Shown here in pieces: positions 12,803 to 25,500 of a stretch of DNA of 64,000 nt. The DNA is from Phoronis australis (Eukaryota; Animalia; Phoronida). The stretch is from the NCBI GenBank assembly GCA_002633005.1, contig NMRA01000021.1, positions 906,298 through 970,297 of the forward strand, given 5' to 3'. Position numbers and translations under genes: made by a program. The notes beneath the pieces were generated by a model that made no database searches, was not told the origin of the DNA, and saw nothing but the letters and a program-made list of their open reading frames with translations. Every line of letters starts with the position of its first letter. Positions within the stretch are counted from its first letter, which is position 1.

Positions 12803-13414
12803 GTTAGGTCAGTCATAAATGTGACACACGAATTGTGCACTAGCCCTTCAGCCCTGTGTTTCAAGAGCCGATCGAGTATTGGCTTCGCTCGAGTGACTGG
12901 TGGCCAATTTGCAATCATTTATTGTTGGCCAAATGGTTGAACGTTGAACCGTTAAATTACGTGTGTAAGTTAACTCTTGTTACTGTTAGAGACGTAAAGG
13001 AATTATATTTGCGGCGTAAAGCAAGTATTTTCGGCGCAAAGTAATTATTTGATGCGTTAAAAGTTACGTTACGCTGCAAATAATTAGTGTACGCCTCAAA
13101 TAAATACTTTACCCATCTAACAAGAATTAACATGCAGGGCTATAGGTTGCCAAAACTTCACAGTTATCTGCTGGATAAGTTTGATTGTTGGATGACGTCA
13201 GTTGCATTGTTCAACAAGTACGTGGCGCGTGATAATGCGACATCATTGTTGTGTATAACTTTTATGCCACTGGGCTCTGATTTAATGGCGTAAAATAATT
13301 ATTTGTGGAGTAAAGTAATTTACCGACGTACGGCAGCGACTCGGAGGGATACTCAGCATTTGCGCACTGCCCTGAGAGTTGAATGAAGAACCACTGAATT
13401 TGTCTACTCAACTG

Positions 13415-13460
13415 TTCTTTTATTGGCTAAAATGCTCATCCAAAGGCCAATCAAATCTTC
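13415..13460. promoter_or_regulatory. Candidate MTMR14 promoter with oppositely oriented CCAAT boxes
   Basis: ATTGG at about 13422 and GGCCAATCA at about 13445, 130-160 bp upstream of the ATG. Motif-only evidence. Confidence 0.35.
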
Positions 13461-13579
13461 CGTCTTTATGCTGTTCGGTCGATAACCGGAAGAAAATAAA
13501 AATGATTAAGGTGGCAATGTGAATGGTGGGGGTGGACAAGCGGCTCAGAGAAAATTTGCTATAATTTCTAAAGGGCCTG

Positions 13580-16500
13580 ATGGCCGAAAAAAGTGAAGAT
13601 GTGTCTTTCGAGACTGTACACAATTTGATAAATTACATGTCAAGGAATTGCTACCGGACAAAAGATGCCGATAGTTTTGTGAGTTGACAAATCAATGCCT
13701 GGGGCTGGCTGACTGCGTTCTGCAAACACGAGTCCTCACTCACAGCCACAGGGAATACATGGCCTGTGGACAAAAAAGGATAATAGCATTGTTGGACCAG
13801 TTATCACGCTCGCAGGCACTATCATTACCCTCTTTGTAGAAGGGAAACATTTTTGGGGCAGGCGAATTAACACTCTCACTGGCTAAAAGCAGCTAAAACC
13901 AGTGTGATTTAGAGGCATCTGTGGCTATGCTTGAAAGGATACCAAACTCGGTTTTGGCCTACTATCACTTATTAAAAACGATGCTCCCATCCTATTCTCT
14001 AAAACAAAATAATTCTCTGTATCTGTTAGACAACCCTCAAAGGTTTGGAGAAAAATTTGAAAACTGTTCAAAGTCTTTTAAACAGCCAGCGTGACCTGTG
14101 CTTTTAGTGAAGGCAACTGTGGCTAAAGACCACCCACTAAGACACATAATCCAATCTGTGACATACGGAGTATGGGTTTATAGTTTTATTTTTATTTTTC
14201 AAGATTGACGCCAATGGCTGCATCGGCAGGTGTCAGAGTGGTGATTGGTTTAAATGAAGACAGGCCTCCGTATCCTTTTAAGTAGACAATGTTACCATCT
14301 TAGATATGTTGGCCATCCCCTCAATACGTTGGAAGTGTTGAGGTTAATTATGCCTTGCTCTGGCTATACCGTCAGTGTCATCTCATTATGTCTCAAATTT
14401 CACCACAGTATATGCACTTTCTGTACAGAAACTCCCAAGTACCGAGTTTTTCCAGTGCACGTGCTCACTTACTTTTACATGAAGTGAAAGTATTACCCAG
14501 TGTTCAACATTAAGAAAACAGTAAAATTGCATTTGTGAAGTCGAATAATATCAGATTACCTTTGCAAAGTTGAGGTTGCTAAATTTTTTATTTTTAGTAC
14601 TCCTGACTCCTGTGACTTATTTTTCTCCACGATATCAGATATCTTGTATAGAAGGTCTCTGAAAAAGACTGTGAAGTTGTTTATGTGTCGCAGATTATAT
14701 CACTCCACATCTGTGTACCTCTAGCCGATTCAGTCTTCATGCAAAGTAGGCCTCTGAGATATTAGAGCTGTACCAAACATTCAACCAATAAGTGTTCACA
14801 ATTAACTGCGTCAAATAATTTTTATTATTTTCACTGGATGTCAGGGTCAGTGTATGCATGGTGTGCTTGAGGGTTTTATTCTGCACTGTGGATGTTACCA
14901 GTTGTCTTTACTGGTTTAATCCTCTCTAAACAAGTTTTAAGTTAAGTGTAGATGCCTCTTATCAATGAACTAAAATGTGTTTTTAGCAGTCACACTTGTC
15001 TGGTTTTAGTCAGTGAAAACACGTCTGCTCGGCAGCCATATTGCAAAGCTGCTGTATACCTGCATTGTGTATTGTGGTCTCATATTGAGCAGGTGATGAG
15101 TGTGCTTGTTGTAGACCCAAGAAATTTGCGATGCACTCCCAGCAAGAAATCTTGGCTTATGGAATGGAAACAGAAAATTCTATTCAATAATATATGATAA
15201 TTGCAACATCAGACTGTTGTCCCAATTTTGCAAGGGGTATGGCCGTAAGCTCCCGATCATACTTGCAAAACAGTTGACTGTATTCACTTGGGGTATTTTG
15301 CATGGTGTTGTGTGAACTTGTGTAATCGCTGGGATCTCATGTTTCTCTTGGGCTGGAAAGATCAGTCACTTAAAGAAAGTCAAACCCTTTAGTTTAGATA
15401 GATGTCCCTTTGTTGATTTATTTTCTAGCCTATGCGTAGTCCGTACATTACATCTTATTCATCAATTGGGACTTGGGCACTGAATATGAGTCCGTTATTC
15501 AGTCATTGAAGAGTTTTAGAATTAAGGAAATGTTTTGTCCATGGGAATTTTCTTCATCATGGCTGACTTGTAGTGAACTTCCTTGTTTCTTCATATTATA
15601 ATTTTTTGGAGATTATGTTAGTTTCACGGGATGAAAGGATCAGACATGTTCAATGAACTTCCTTTTTCAGACACAAGACACTGAACTTAAATGCTTGGAT
15701 TTGATCCAGAAGGACTACGCAATCTCGGTAAGATTAAATAGGTTTAAAACTTCATGTGAGTGTTATATGATTTACTGACTAGCTCTCATATTTATCAGTG
15801 GATAGGTAATTGGATTATTATTATTATTTGTCAACCTGTTTGTAATTAATGTGAAGCTCATGGGGGTGGGGGTGGACTAATGTGACCTGACACCTACGCA
15901 CACTTTGCCTATAGAGGATGAGCCTTCGCCCCTAGGCCTTCCATACTAATTAGTCTATCTGTCTACTAGTAGTGAACTTGAATCAAGGGCATTCGCACCA
16001 AATAGGCTATGGCCACTGGGCCATGATAGTACCCATTCCACTGTTTGCCCGATTATGGCACAGGGAAACGTCTCGCATCAGGTTTCTTTTGGGTAAAAGC
16101 TGACTAATGTTACAAAAGGACGGTTACATGCTGTGTGAAGTTTGGGAAATGTTGGTTGCAACACTGCCTCGTAACTTTTTAGATCTCTGAACATAACAAA
16201 GGTAGTCAGATAGAATGTTTTTCCCCTATAATGCTGTTGACAGCAAAAACGACCGGTAATAACTATTACGGCACCAAAATTCTGATTACAATATGACTTA
16301 GCTACCGTTACTAGTTTCCTGTTAATTTCCCTTCTTTCCTGGTCGTGAGGGAAGGCTTCTCTGATGATAAATTTGAATTTTGCTCTGCTGTCATTGCACT
16401 AGGAATTCCAGATCATTGTGTTTGAAAGTTTTGACATGGGCTATGGCTGTTTGTTGGAGTTGAAACTGTCATATATGAAATCTTTCTTTTCATGAACAAA

Positions 16501-19500
16501 TACCAAGTGGTAGTGGAATACTATTTAATAATTTAAATATCTTAACCCCTTTAAATATTCTGACAGGTAATTGACAACAAAAATGGTGAGTTGTGTAACT
16601 CTTACCCAGCCAAGATTGCTGTGCTGGAGTACTGCAGCTCTACCCAAGACAAGAATGTTGAGTCGATCTACGATGGAGCCAGGTTACGTGACTTGTTTCT
16701 CAAGGCACGTCTGGCACGTGTCTGGTCTCGCTTTGCTGTTCCAGTAATTATGTACGAGGGCAAGGTAAGTGGGGAGATGGCAGGAGTTGTGTAGTGCAGG
16801 GCATCCAATAGGATAACATGCCCTGTGTAGTGCAGGGCATCTGACAGTATAATATGCCTAGTGTACTTCAAGGCATCTGACAGGATAATATGCCCTGTAT
16901 AGTGCAGGGCATCTGACAGGATAACAAGCCCTGTAGGCATGTGAGGGCAATTTATCCAGAAAGTACATTGAGGGTGTATATTTGGGGGTATACATGTGCC
17001 AGATTCACAAGAAGGGAAGACCAAAGTTTGTTTTCAATTTTGGTTCAATTTTGTACAATGCATCCAGACACTTGGGTTATGGTCTAAAAAACCAAGATCT
17101 TCAGAATTATCCAAGGTTATTTACTGGAATGTATGAAATGAAAAATGAATTGTAATATCAGTCTTCAATACGTTATACTTTAAATGATTTTGATACAAAT
17201 TAGTTTATAGATTCTAAAATTTATTTTCATTAATGGACAAGTCTATAACTTGATTACATGTAGGACAAAACTGTTTTGACCCTAGATCAAAAAGTTGTAA
17301 AACCGTGTGTCTCGAGAGTGTTGTGAGAAACTTTTCTATTCCTCACTCCCTGGCATATTTCAGCACATACTTAGAAGTGCCACCATCTCAGGCGGGGCTG
17401 AGCTGTACGGGCGATCGGGCGTCGACTTTCTCACAGGAGGCAATGGTCTGCCTGACGAGGACTCGATGTTATTCGGGTAACTAACCTCTGGTTCTAAACC
17501 TGATCTTAATGTTGTCTTAAACCTCTCTGCATTTTCCTTTAATGATTGCTGATATGGTGGACCCTAGCATACCCAATAAATCCATTAATCAGTAATTGAA
17601 TAGTACAAGCTTCAAATTAAGCCAAGATATTGATTTTGCGTGAGTACACAGTACACAACCCTTGAAGAAAGTATTAGTGCTAACCTCTTAAATTTCCAAT
17701 GTGTCAATCATTTTTCAAGAATGCCACCATTTTACCTCTTGTTATTGTTTTTTCATATAAACCACATCCTTTACGCACTAACTGCTCGTGCTCGAATATA
17801 GTATACCGAAAGTTTTGATATGTTTTACCCCCTTTGCAGGTGGTCCGTTGCACCCTCAGCCAAAGAGTCCTCAGAAGGAACTGTTTTTGGTTGTGCAAAC
17901 AATCAAATATAATGTAAAATTGCAGTTATTAAAGGAAACATAGCTTGTGATAAAGTGATTGCATTTGTGAGAAAGAAAAATTGTGAGAAAGCTTTTGCAG
18001 TTTGTGCCTGCCATTTGAGTTTTGGTAAAATCCCTTTTTTTCATTTTCCAAAGGCTTTTCATATGGCTGATGAAAAAACATCCATTTGGTGTTATGTATA
18101 CATGTATTTCATGAAAATATGTGAAAATGAAATTTCACTTGTCTACCGTATTGTGTATTGTGTCCTGAATTGGTGAGATTTTTCCATTGATTATACTCTG
18201 TACTGATTTTGAGTGCCTTCCATTTTTTACACGGCTTCTCTTTGTTTCAGCAATAAGGGTCAGTTGTTTGACCGTGTCCGTGGTCAAGACATTCGCGCAC
18301 TCAGGCAGTTTGATGTGACTCATATCTGTGACCTCATGGTCGAAAATAAAAAAGTCAAGTTTGGAATGAAGTAAGTTGTTCATTCATCAGAAAGTAACAG
18401 TCTTAAGATAATCCGTCGAAACATGATTGCTTGATATCAAAATACAAGGCTTTGAAACTTACCATCTTGATAACAGGCACCAGTCCTGAATTGGTATATC
18501 ATTGTATGATGGCACAACCTAGTAGAAAGTTTCTTAAGTTTGGTTATTACAGAATAGTTGCATCTCAAGTTATTGCAATGTGATTGAAAGAATGCCAGAA
18601 CACTTTAAAAGATCAAAAAGACTTTTTAGTGGAGGACACGTGACAATAGAGGATCAGTCTGAATGTGAATTGGTTCAATTGAACAGAGCAGTCATTGTAT
18701 TGAAATACCCTGTGATGTAACCAGTGTAGGCACTGTCCCAATGAAACACAGCTTCTTGTAAAACTATAAATATCTGAAAAAGTCTGTTAAAACTCTCACT
18801 TATCAGATTTGATCAAAACTGGAAAGCCTTTGTGTTAAGATTTCGTTCATTCACTGGGAATATAGGGTGTTGCACAGCCCGCACAAATGTCTTGAATGCA
18901 GGGGCATTCGCACGAGTTCCACAATTAGGTGCATGTTGTGCTCGATCATAGGTGCACCTTGCTATTTTTAGGAAATATAGTACTGAACCAATTGACTTCA
19001 CTCACCCTGTGGCATCAGTAACATTTTGGGTGAAATAAAAAGGTTAGAGTAATGTTAGAATAAAAATATAGAGTGTTTATACCCATATCTTTATTTTTAA
19101 GAAATCCTTTAGCCTTGATCGTTTACAAATAACACTTGGTTTCCTAACAGTTGTCCACTATTTCTCAATCATCTAAAAAGTTACTAACCCCAAATGTTAC
19201 AACGCTAATGCTAATAGTTTGGAGCACAATAACTAATGGCATGTTACACTTAAATATCCCACATTTTGGCAGACATACCCAAGTTCCATAACTGGGCGCA
19301 GCTCTACAATAAGGCTCAGTGACAGTAAATGGCAAAACTACTCTAGGTTTCATTTTGTGCCAACATAAAACTTAGGATTCTTCTGAAAAGGGATTTCAGT
19401 TTTGAAAAATTTCAAATCATAACCCGGACTCTAGATAGCAATAGAGTGGCGACCTTGAACTTGTTGCTATTGGGGAATGAAGTGAATTGAGTTTCAATAA

Positions 19501-22500
19501 GTTTTACTTGTTATTTAGCATGACGTCATCAGAGAAAGTAGACAAAGAAGGACGCTACGCGGATTTTTCTCTGCTCAGGCTGCCTTATCCAGGCTGCGAG
19601 TTCTTCAACGATTGGCGGCAACGTGACTATTTGGCAGAAGATGTCTGTTTTGATTGGAACCAGGTAAGTACGGTAAAACCACACATATAAGGCCATTACC
19701 TTATGGTCTTCATAATTCATCTTTTGGGAACATTTAAAAAACATCCAAATGTCTGGACTGTTGCATTTTCAAATGGCCCTGGCCTTATATTTGAAGATAA
19801 GGCCTTGTATTTGAATGTAAATCTAGTCAGTTTTTTTTCTGACGTCTGCCAATCAGCCATGATCACAATTATGATAGATATTCTTAAATGATTAAAAAAC
19901 GGCCAGAACATGATGTCCATTTTGGACATTTAACTTGTCATTTCGGTCGAAATAATGTGTGTGTTGGGAAAATTTAAATTATGACGCAAATGATATTCGA
20001 ATGTAAGGCCATGGCTGCATGGGTTCTAAGATAGTGCTCTCTCACTCACCCTGCATAAAGACTGTTGAAACTTAGGAGTAGAATGTTTTATCTACCATCT
20101 TGTGACCAAGTTTATCCACTTGGCAAATCATCTTGTGTAACCAGTAGTAACTAACAACCTGGTATTGTGAAATTCTGCTCTTTTGTATAGCAGATAATTT
20201 AGAAAATAAATATTTAGTCAACGTGATTTTGTGTTAACTTGTTTAGAGAAGTCATGAATGCCCAATGACCTTCAGTTCTGTGTGATGAACTTCCCTGTTT
20301 ACAGTCGTTCATACCATGTTGTTCCCCACCATGTTGTTCCCCACCATATTGACTTAAAAATGACTGACTGTGTTAAGATTGTAACCAAAATGGTAAAAGC
20401 TGTTATCACACAGTGAAATATCATTTATTGTGAATCTGTTGCTGTACTGCATTGTGTGATTCCAGAATTTTGTTGATGCATCGCTTGACTTAACAGACAG
20501 CCATATTTCACAAAAGCTTCACATTGACTGGACTGAGTATAAGGTAATGATACATTTAATATTTTAAAACTACATGTATGGTAAAAAGTTAACTTTGTGT
20601 TAAAATTGCCATACTTGTATTTGTCAGAGGCTTATCATATTGTTGCAAGTGCTAAAAATCTTACCAAATGTTATTTGGAAATAGCTGTGTCATACAAACC
20701 ACTGTAAAAGGAAAGTAAATTTTCATGAAAAGTTATTTTTGCTGAGAAAATTCACAAAAAGAAATTTTACCAGTCCTCTGTATTGTGTCTCAGACTGAAG
20801 ATTTTTTACTGAGACATCATCACAGCACAAATGAGTTTGATAAAGAAAGGTATCCACATATAACTGTTGTTTTGTTGTACTATCTGCAGTACCTGTACTT
20901 TTGGCCGAATCAAGCTAATTCAATAATTGCAATGTGAATGCATTGGTTTCGAGTAAAAAAAATCCTCTGCAATTTTGTTTAATGCTCTGTGCCCCAGGAT
21001 GTGTTCAGGGCGGGAAATACTTCAAAATGGCCATAAACGGTTGCATTTTATTGGACTTAAGATAAGCTTTTTAACTTAAAATTCCACTGTGTACATGAAG
21101 TGTGGAAACAGCTAGGTGGCTGGTTGGAGGTTTTAGTGCACAGCAAGTCAGCCTTTGTTGACCTCCTGACAGTATTGTTGACAATGATCATTTGATCATT
21201 GAAGTGGCCATAAATTTATATCTAATTCAGAGCATCATTTGTGCTGCTTTGTGACTGATGAAGCTCAAAATACAGTTGCCTTTAAAGTACACGCAGACTT
21301 CGATTGTAGATTAGGCAAAGTATTGCTGTGGTTATGGCATCATTCACAAGCTGTGGCAAATCAAAACTGTGTGTTGGCAGAAATGTCTTTCGCTACCATT
21401 CACATGTCGAGCGGTGTTTTTATCTGCTGTATTTGTGAGGCCTGACCACCACTGTGTTCGTCTAGTTATGAACATGCTTTTTTGTAATGTGCCAAAAACT
21501 GTAAGTCAACATGCAGTTCCATAACCTCCTATTTGGAGTCTTACAATTACCATGAGTTTGTTTTTTGACAGTAGATCACATTGGTTACATGTATTTCGCT
21601 CCCATGTTCCGCACCTTGTCTTTCAGAGCTGGGATCTTGCCAAGCTGACTCAGAACTATTTGAAACTCCTAATACATCATGTCAAAGAAGGTATGGTTTT
21701 TGAATCTTAAGATTTCTATTTTTGGAAATCACTCTTCTGTTTTTTATTTGTGGGAAACTAAAAAGCTGAGAAGAAAGTAGATCCGTTTCCAGAGAAGGCA
21801 GTTGCCTCCACCAACGTACATTACGTGTTCAGTACTCAGTTAGGATGCGAGCCAAAGCTCTCCCTGACATGTACCAATTCTGGAACAGCCCAGAGGTAAA
21901 TGTGATCTTCAAAGCATGTTAACTTTAGAATTTAACCCAAATTATCTCTAGATGAGAGCTGAAAATTTAATCACCTCTTGTTTGAAGTCACATGTCTACT
22001 TGTCATCACACTTCCTCCAATGATTTTGTGTGCCAGCTATTTATTTTCTTTATCTGATAACAAATTTCCCGGTATCAGTTGTAAATTTGTAATACAGCAA
22101 AGATCACAATTTTTTGTCTGACGGGGTTGGCAATTAATCATTGACCGGTTGGAAAAATTACCGATGGACTGGTCATATAATTTTTAGCAGGCTAGAAACA
22201 GACTTCCACCAACTGTAGTGTCTGAGTGTGCCAACGTTAATGTTAGCATTTGAATATCCTTCTTAAAAACACCAGTTGTCATACCACATCCAATGTTTTT
22301 ATGGATTTCCATCAAATTGACCATTATCATAAAATATTGCTTTATTGCAAGCACAGGAGTTTAAAAATACTAGATTTCCAATTGGAGTGTCGACTGCTGA
22401 AGCGATCAAGCTAAATACTCCTAGCAGACAACTTCTTGTCTTTTTAACAACCAGACCTGGTCGTTACCAGCGGCCAGACAAAAATTTGTGATCTATCTTG

Positions 22501-25500
22501 TAAAAGACATAATTTCTGCTGTACACTGTTATGCACCTACCGGCGTCTAGCCTGCGAATGTCCAGTGTCTTGCTGTTTCTTTAAAACTCCAAGATGGATT
22601 TTCATGAAATTTTTCAGACATGTTTCTGATGTGGATGTGACAGCTTGAGTGAAGTTTTAGACTGTCTGGCTTATTGACTCACAGTATATTTTGTCTAATG
22701 TTGAGACTTAATGTATTTGAATCATATGTCTGGATATCCCAAGTGCTGCTTAATATGCTTAGGGTTCTTGATATTAAGATTTCTGCAACATGATTTCTCC
22801 CGTCTCATTTGCTGAGTTCTTGCCATGCGGTATATAACATGTATTGATCCTTGTAAAAATAATTTGCAATATGCACTAAGTGTTTTTCTCTGATTGGCTG
22901 TTCATAGGTCAAAGGTCAAAAACAAGCAGTTTCTTGGTGCTTTTTGTAGGCAGCTCTGGAATACTCGTTCACTGTATCTCTGGCTGGGACAGGACACCCC
23001 TGTTCATCTCACTCTTACGACTGTCCCTGTGGGCAGATGGTGCCATACACTCATCATTAGAACCCTTGCAGATGCTCTATCTCACCATCGGCTACGACTG
23101 GTTCCTCTTTGGGTGAGTGTCCGATAGAATGGGGACTGCTTCAAGAGTCGCTCACTGCGGAAAATAAAGTTTTGACCGGGAAAAACTAAATAGGCCCCAT
23201 TCAGTTGGCTGTGATGCCAAAGACTTTGACCAAAGGTCTATGACTACTGTCAGGACTTAATAACCCATTATTGCCAGTGGTAGTGGCAAGCAAATTTTTA
23301 TCAAGTGGAAACATAATCTCCTAAAATTTGTACCCACTTAGAATTTACAACTTTCTCAATTTTAAGCCCCAGTGTCCGCGATCTTTGGCCAACTTAAGCT
23401 TGAACAGTGAGTGACTACTTAGCTTTTAGTAACAGTTGCTAGGAAAAAAACAATATCAAGAGTAGTTCCCATCGCAGACATTAAAGTAATAGTGAGCTAA
23501 ACAATAATTTACTACACTCCTCCCTGTTAAGCGCCTCCTTATGGCTTGTTTGTGCTTTCGTTTAATTAATCGCTGGCTTTTATTTTGAGCCTCAAGAGTG
23601 AATATTGGTTGTAAATTTTTTCACATTCTGTCTAAGAATTGGAATTTAAAGTCAAGACAGTCAGTGATCACAGATATTTTTTGTGGCGAACTGATTCATG
23701 ACAATTCATGTCTTAGAGACTTTGCCACTGTGGTTGAGCGGGGCAAAACAAATCAAGTGCAGGCCGGTGCATGTTGTTGCAATGCGGGTGCCTTGTTTTT
23801 TGAGAATTTTGTGTTTGATAAGTCAAATTGGATTTTTTTCTTTACTGCTTTTCTCTATTTAGGTCAATTGGTTTGTCCTAAGCCAGGTGAACTGTTTAAA
23901 TAGTATAAAGCACGCTGTCGGTAGCTGCAGCAATAGGGTTGTCCCGATTACACGCAGACACAATGTCGCACTATCCGTGAAACACTTTGTATTTCGCGCC
24001 ATTAGAGATCCAAATGTTCTTTGTTGTTGTCCTATTCTTTACAAGTTTTGCTCTGCTGTGTCACCCTTTTTGTCCTTCCAATGAATTTCTGATTTGCTGT
24101 GACTTGTAATTCTAATGGGAAAAAGTTAGATAAACTTGACAAATACCTGTTGGTGTGTTATGTTAAGTTCTTCCCCTTTCCAACATCAATCAAAGCCCAG
24201 AAAATGTGAGCGAGTGAACAAAGCAAGTTCCACAGGTTAAATTTAAAGCGAACAGAATTCTCTTTCTCGAAAATACTTTTTCTATTCCGGTACTTATTCA
24301 TAGTTTAAATCGGGAATGTTTCCACAGTCATGTATTTCTGCAGTTTCCAGCATGACCTGTAAAAATGTGCCTCACATTCCACAACAAGGCTGGAAAAACA
24401 GTTTACTCTCTTAGCTTCTTGCAAAGGAGAGTTCTAGTGCAGCTTTGTAATCCGGGATCGCCTAATTGCCTAACATTTATATTTTGACTTTAGTTTCATG
24501 CTGAGACATAGAATTATATTAAATACTACGATTCTTATGCAAAAAAGTCTAAACATTTGGACAATAGAGAACCAAATTTGTATAAAAAACTAAATTGGTG
24601 AATCAGCAATTATTTCCGTGCTGATGTAATGATAATTTAGGTTAATGACACATGTGCATGAGGATAATCGGTGATATCTCTGAATTTGGCCGAGGAACAA
24701 AATTGTGTTAAAAAGATAACAGAAAAGAGAAAAGAGGAAAATGCTATAACATGTTACATATTTTGGATAAAAATAGAGTATATTTTAAGTTTTAATTCGA
24801 ATAACTCCTTGAGACAAGGCCTTTAATACTTTTCTCCAATCCCTTTAGTCTGTATATCTCATTTGTTATTACAACTGTCATATTATGACTTTGATTTAAT
24901 TTAAACTTTCCGTAATGCATGATCTGTTTTGCTTTATTTCAGCCATAATCTCCCAGACCGACTACGAAGGGGTGAAGAGGTATGAAAAAACACAATTTCA
25001 AATATTTAAAAGCTTCTTTACATGCTGAGTTGTACAATTATAATGCACTAATGGTACCGTATTAAAATTGCTCTTCCCAAGTAAACTCCTTGTTATTGAA
25101 ATGCAGGTCCACACCAATTGCAAGTCCATGAAACTTTGTAAAAAGCAATATCTCCATTAGAGCCCAACTTTCCAATTTGTCAGCTAGTCAGATTGTTTTC
25201 ACCTCCTGTAATCTTAACAGAGCTGAAGACCTACATGTTAGTGTGGTTGGTTGCTGGACATGCACATTGTACGCGTACACCTCAGTAAATCATTTCAGTT
25301 TAATATCCGAAATGGGCTTGGGTAATCGCAAGCATTGTTAAGTCTGATCTGCATGCCACCTATTGATCATTTCCCGTGACATTTTGAATATAAGGCTGAA
25401 AAGATATCTGCCCGATCGGGACTCGAACTAAGGGACCTTCTTCTAAATGTGTCCTTGATGTGGCCAACCCGTGGCCTGAAGACCAGACTTAAAAAATGCT

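Noticed and set aside
16668-17024. 118-aa ORF with HIILSDALHYTG repeats
   Set aside because: It is the antisense translation of the 36-bp intronic minisatellite plus part of MTMR14 exon 3.
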